A stretch of 64,000 nucleotides of DNA, from assembly GCA_031291435.1 (NCBI GenBank), contig JARLJC010000108.1, positions 6,852 to 70,851 on the forward strand. Direction: 5' to 3'. Both the position numbers and the translations under genes were made by a program. This DNA comes from Alphaproteobacteria bacterium. Its GTDB lineage: Bacteria > Pseudomonadota > Alphaproteobacteria > UBA9219. Each line of letters opens with the position of its first letter. Position 1 is the first letter of the stretch. The notes under the pieces are model-generated. The model was not told the origin of the DNA, did not search any database, and saw only the letters and a program-made list of their open reading frames with translations. Positions 63,588 through 64,000 of this stretch are shown here, piece after piece.

Positions 63588-63858
63588 GCCATATTGCTGC
63601 CGATTGCGGAGACTTGATGCGACTATTAACTTTCTATGCGCATCAAAGATTTGCCCCAAAAGCGCATGAGCTGTCTTAGGAAATCCTTATGCCGCCATTG
63701 TCATTTCTTTGATAATTTCGCGGACATGAACCACGCACATATCGTTTCCAATACGGCAACGTTGATCGACGTCACTTGATTTGCGTCTATATGATCACTT
63801 TGTCTCATATGGAGCTGTTTTGTGGTCGTTTGGCACGACAGTTCCATGAATTCTGTAG

Positions 63859-64000
63859 TCACGGAGATGGTGGTTTGGAGTGTCTAAGCTCGTCGCGCAC
63901 ATGGGCGATAACGCTTTCCCAATCGCCGAAACGCGGCTGACGGAACAGGCGCAGCGTTGGATACCACGGGCTATGCTCGCCTTCCCGAAACCAGCGCCAG
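63859..64000 (-). CDS. C-terminal fragment of a protein continuing beyond the window (TPR / glycosyltransferase-like C-terminus)
   Basis: The minus-strand frame is open from the window edge: WRWFREGEHSPWYPTLRLFRQPRFGDWESVIAHVRDELRHSKPPSP*. I associate the SPWYPTxRLFRQ...GDW tail with TPR/GT-type proteins. This is from memory only. Confidence 0.4.
   Translation of the reverse strand, partial: WRWFREGEHSPWYPTLRLFRQPRFGDWESVIAHVRDELRHSKPPSP

Noticed and set aside
1-64000. Search for mobile elements (integrase, transposase, IS inverted repeats, att-like direct repeats, flanking tRNA) around the lower-GC segments at 25.4-31.8 kb and 61.2-63.9 kb
   Set aside because: I recognised none on either strand. 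The lower-GC segments are therefore reported as compositional anomalies, not as defined mobile elements.

Overview
This is a 64-kb, high-G+C chromosomal segment. FixL/FixK-type signalling, a host-attachment-family protein and BON and ESFPASDPP-type small proteins suggest an alphaproteobacterium, but the taxon is inference. I call about 60 protein-coding genes. I saw no rRNA, tRNA, CRISPR array, integrase or transposase. Gene order: (1) a tetR-emrA-emrB-OMF efflux operon. (2) A 771-aa protein with a Glu/Gln/Arg/Pro repeat block, coupled to a peroxiredoxin-fold protein that has lost its catalytic Thr, Cys and Arg. (3) A BON lipoprotein and a GT2 / unknown / GT2 cassette. (4) A patatin-like lipase, trhO and a GIY-YIG protein. 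(5) A large two-component cluster at 14.4-25.3 kb. It holds two reversed-order HTH_XRE-REC regulators, a kinase with two tandem FixL-type heme-PAS domains, three more kinases, four single REC proteins and a REC-GGDEF cyclase. (6) A lower-G+C islet at 25.4-31.8 kb with three large orphan proteins; the central one looks DotA/TraY-like, and no other type IVB secretion gene is in the window. (7) A low-oxygen block: ompW, hemN, a Crp/Fnr regulator with a C-terminal Cys cluster, two 2OG-Fe(II) oxygenases behind a perfect TTGAT-N4-ATCAA box, and cydP-cydA-cydB-cydX. (8) A two-partner secretion pair (1719-aa TpsA with MBG-type repeats, plus TpsB). (9) A histidine kinase whose membrane domain closely resembles the plant ETR1 ethylene-binding domain, immediately upstream of a Cu(I) P-type ATPase. 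(10) A HlyD/ABC/ABC-2 exporter, a 2-hydroxyacid dehydrogenase, hdeD, a VIT1 transporter and a host-attachment-family gene. (11) An ECF sigma / anti-sigma / Spy-like operon facing Ser/Thr-rich EF-hand proteins and a TIGR02466-type oxygenase. Best leads: the orphan DotA-like trio, the ETR1-like kinase next to copA, and the double heme-PAS kinase wired to non-FixJ partners. All family assignments come from reading motifs by eye. No database search was run.
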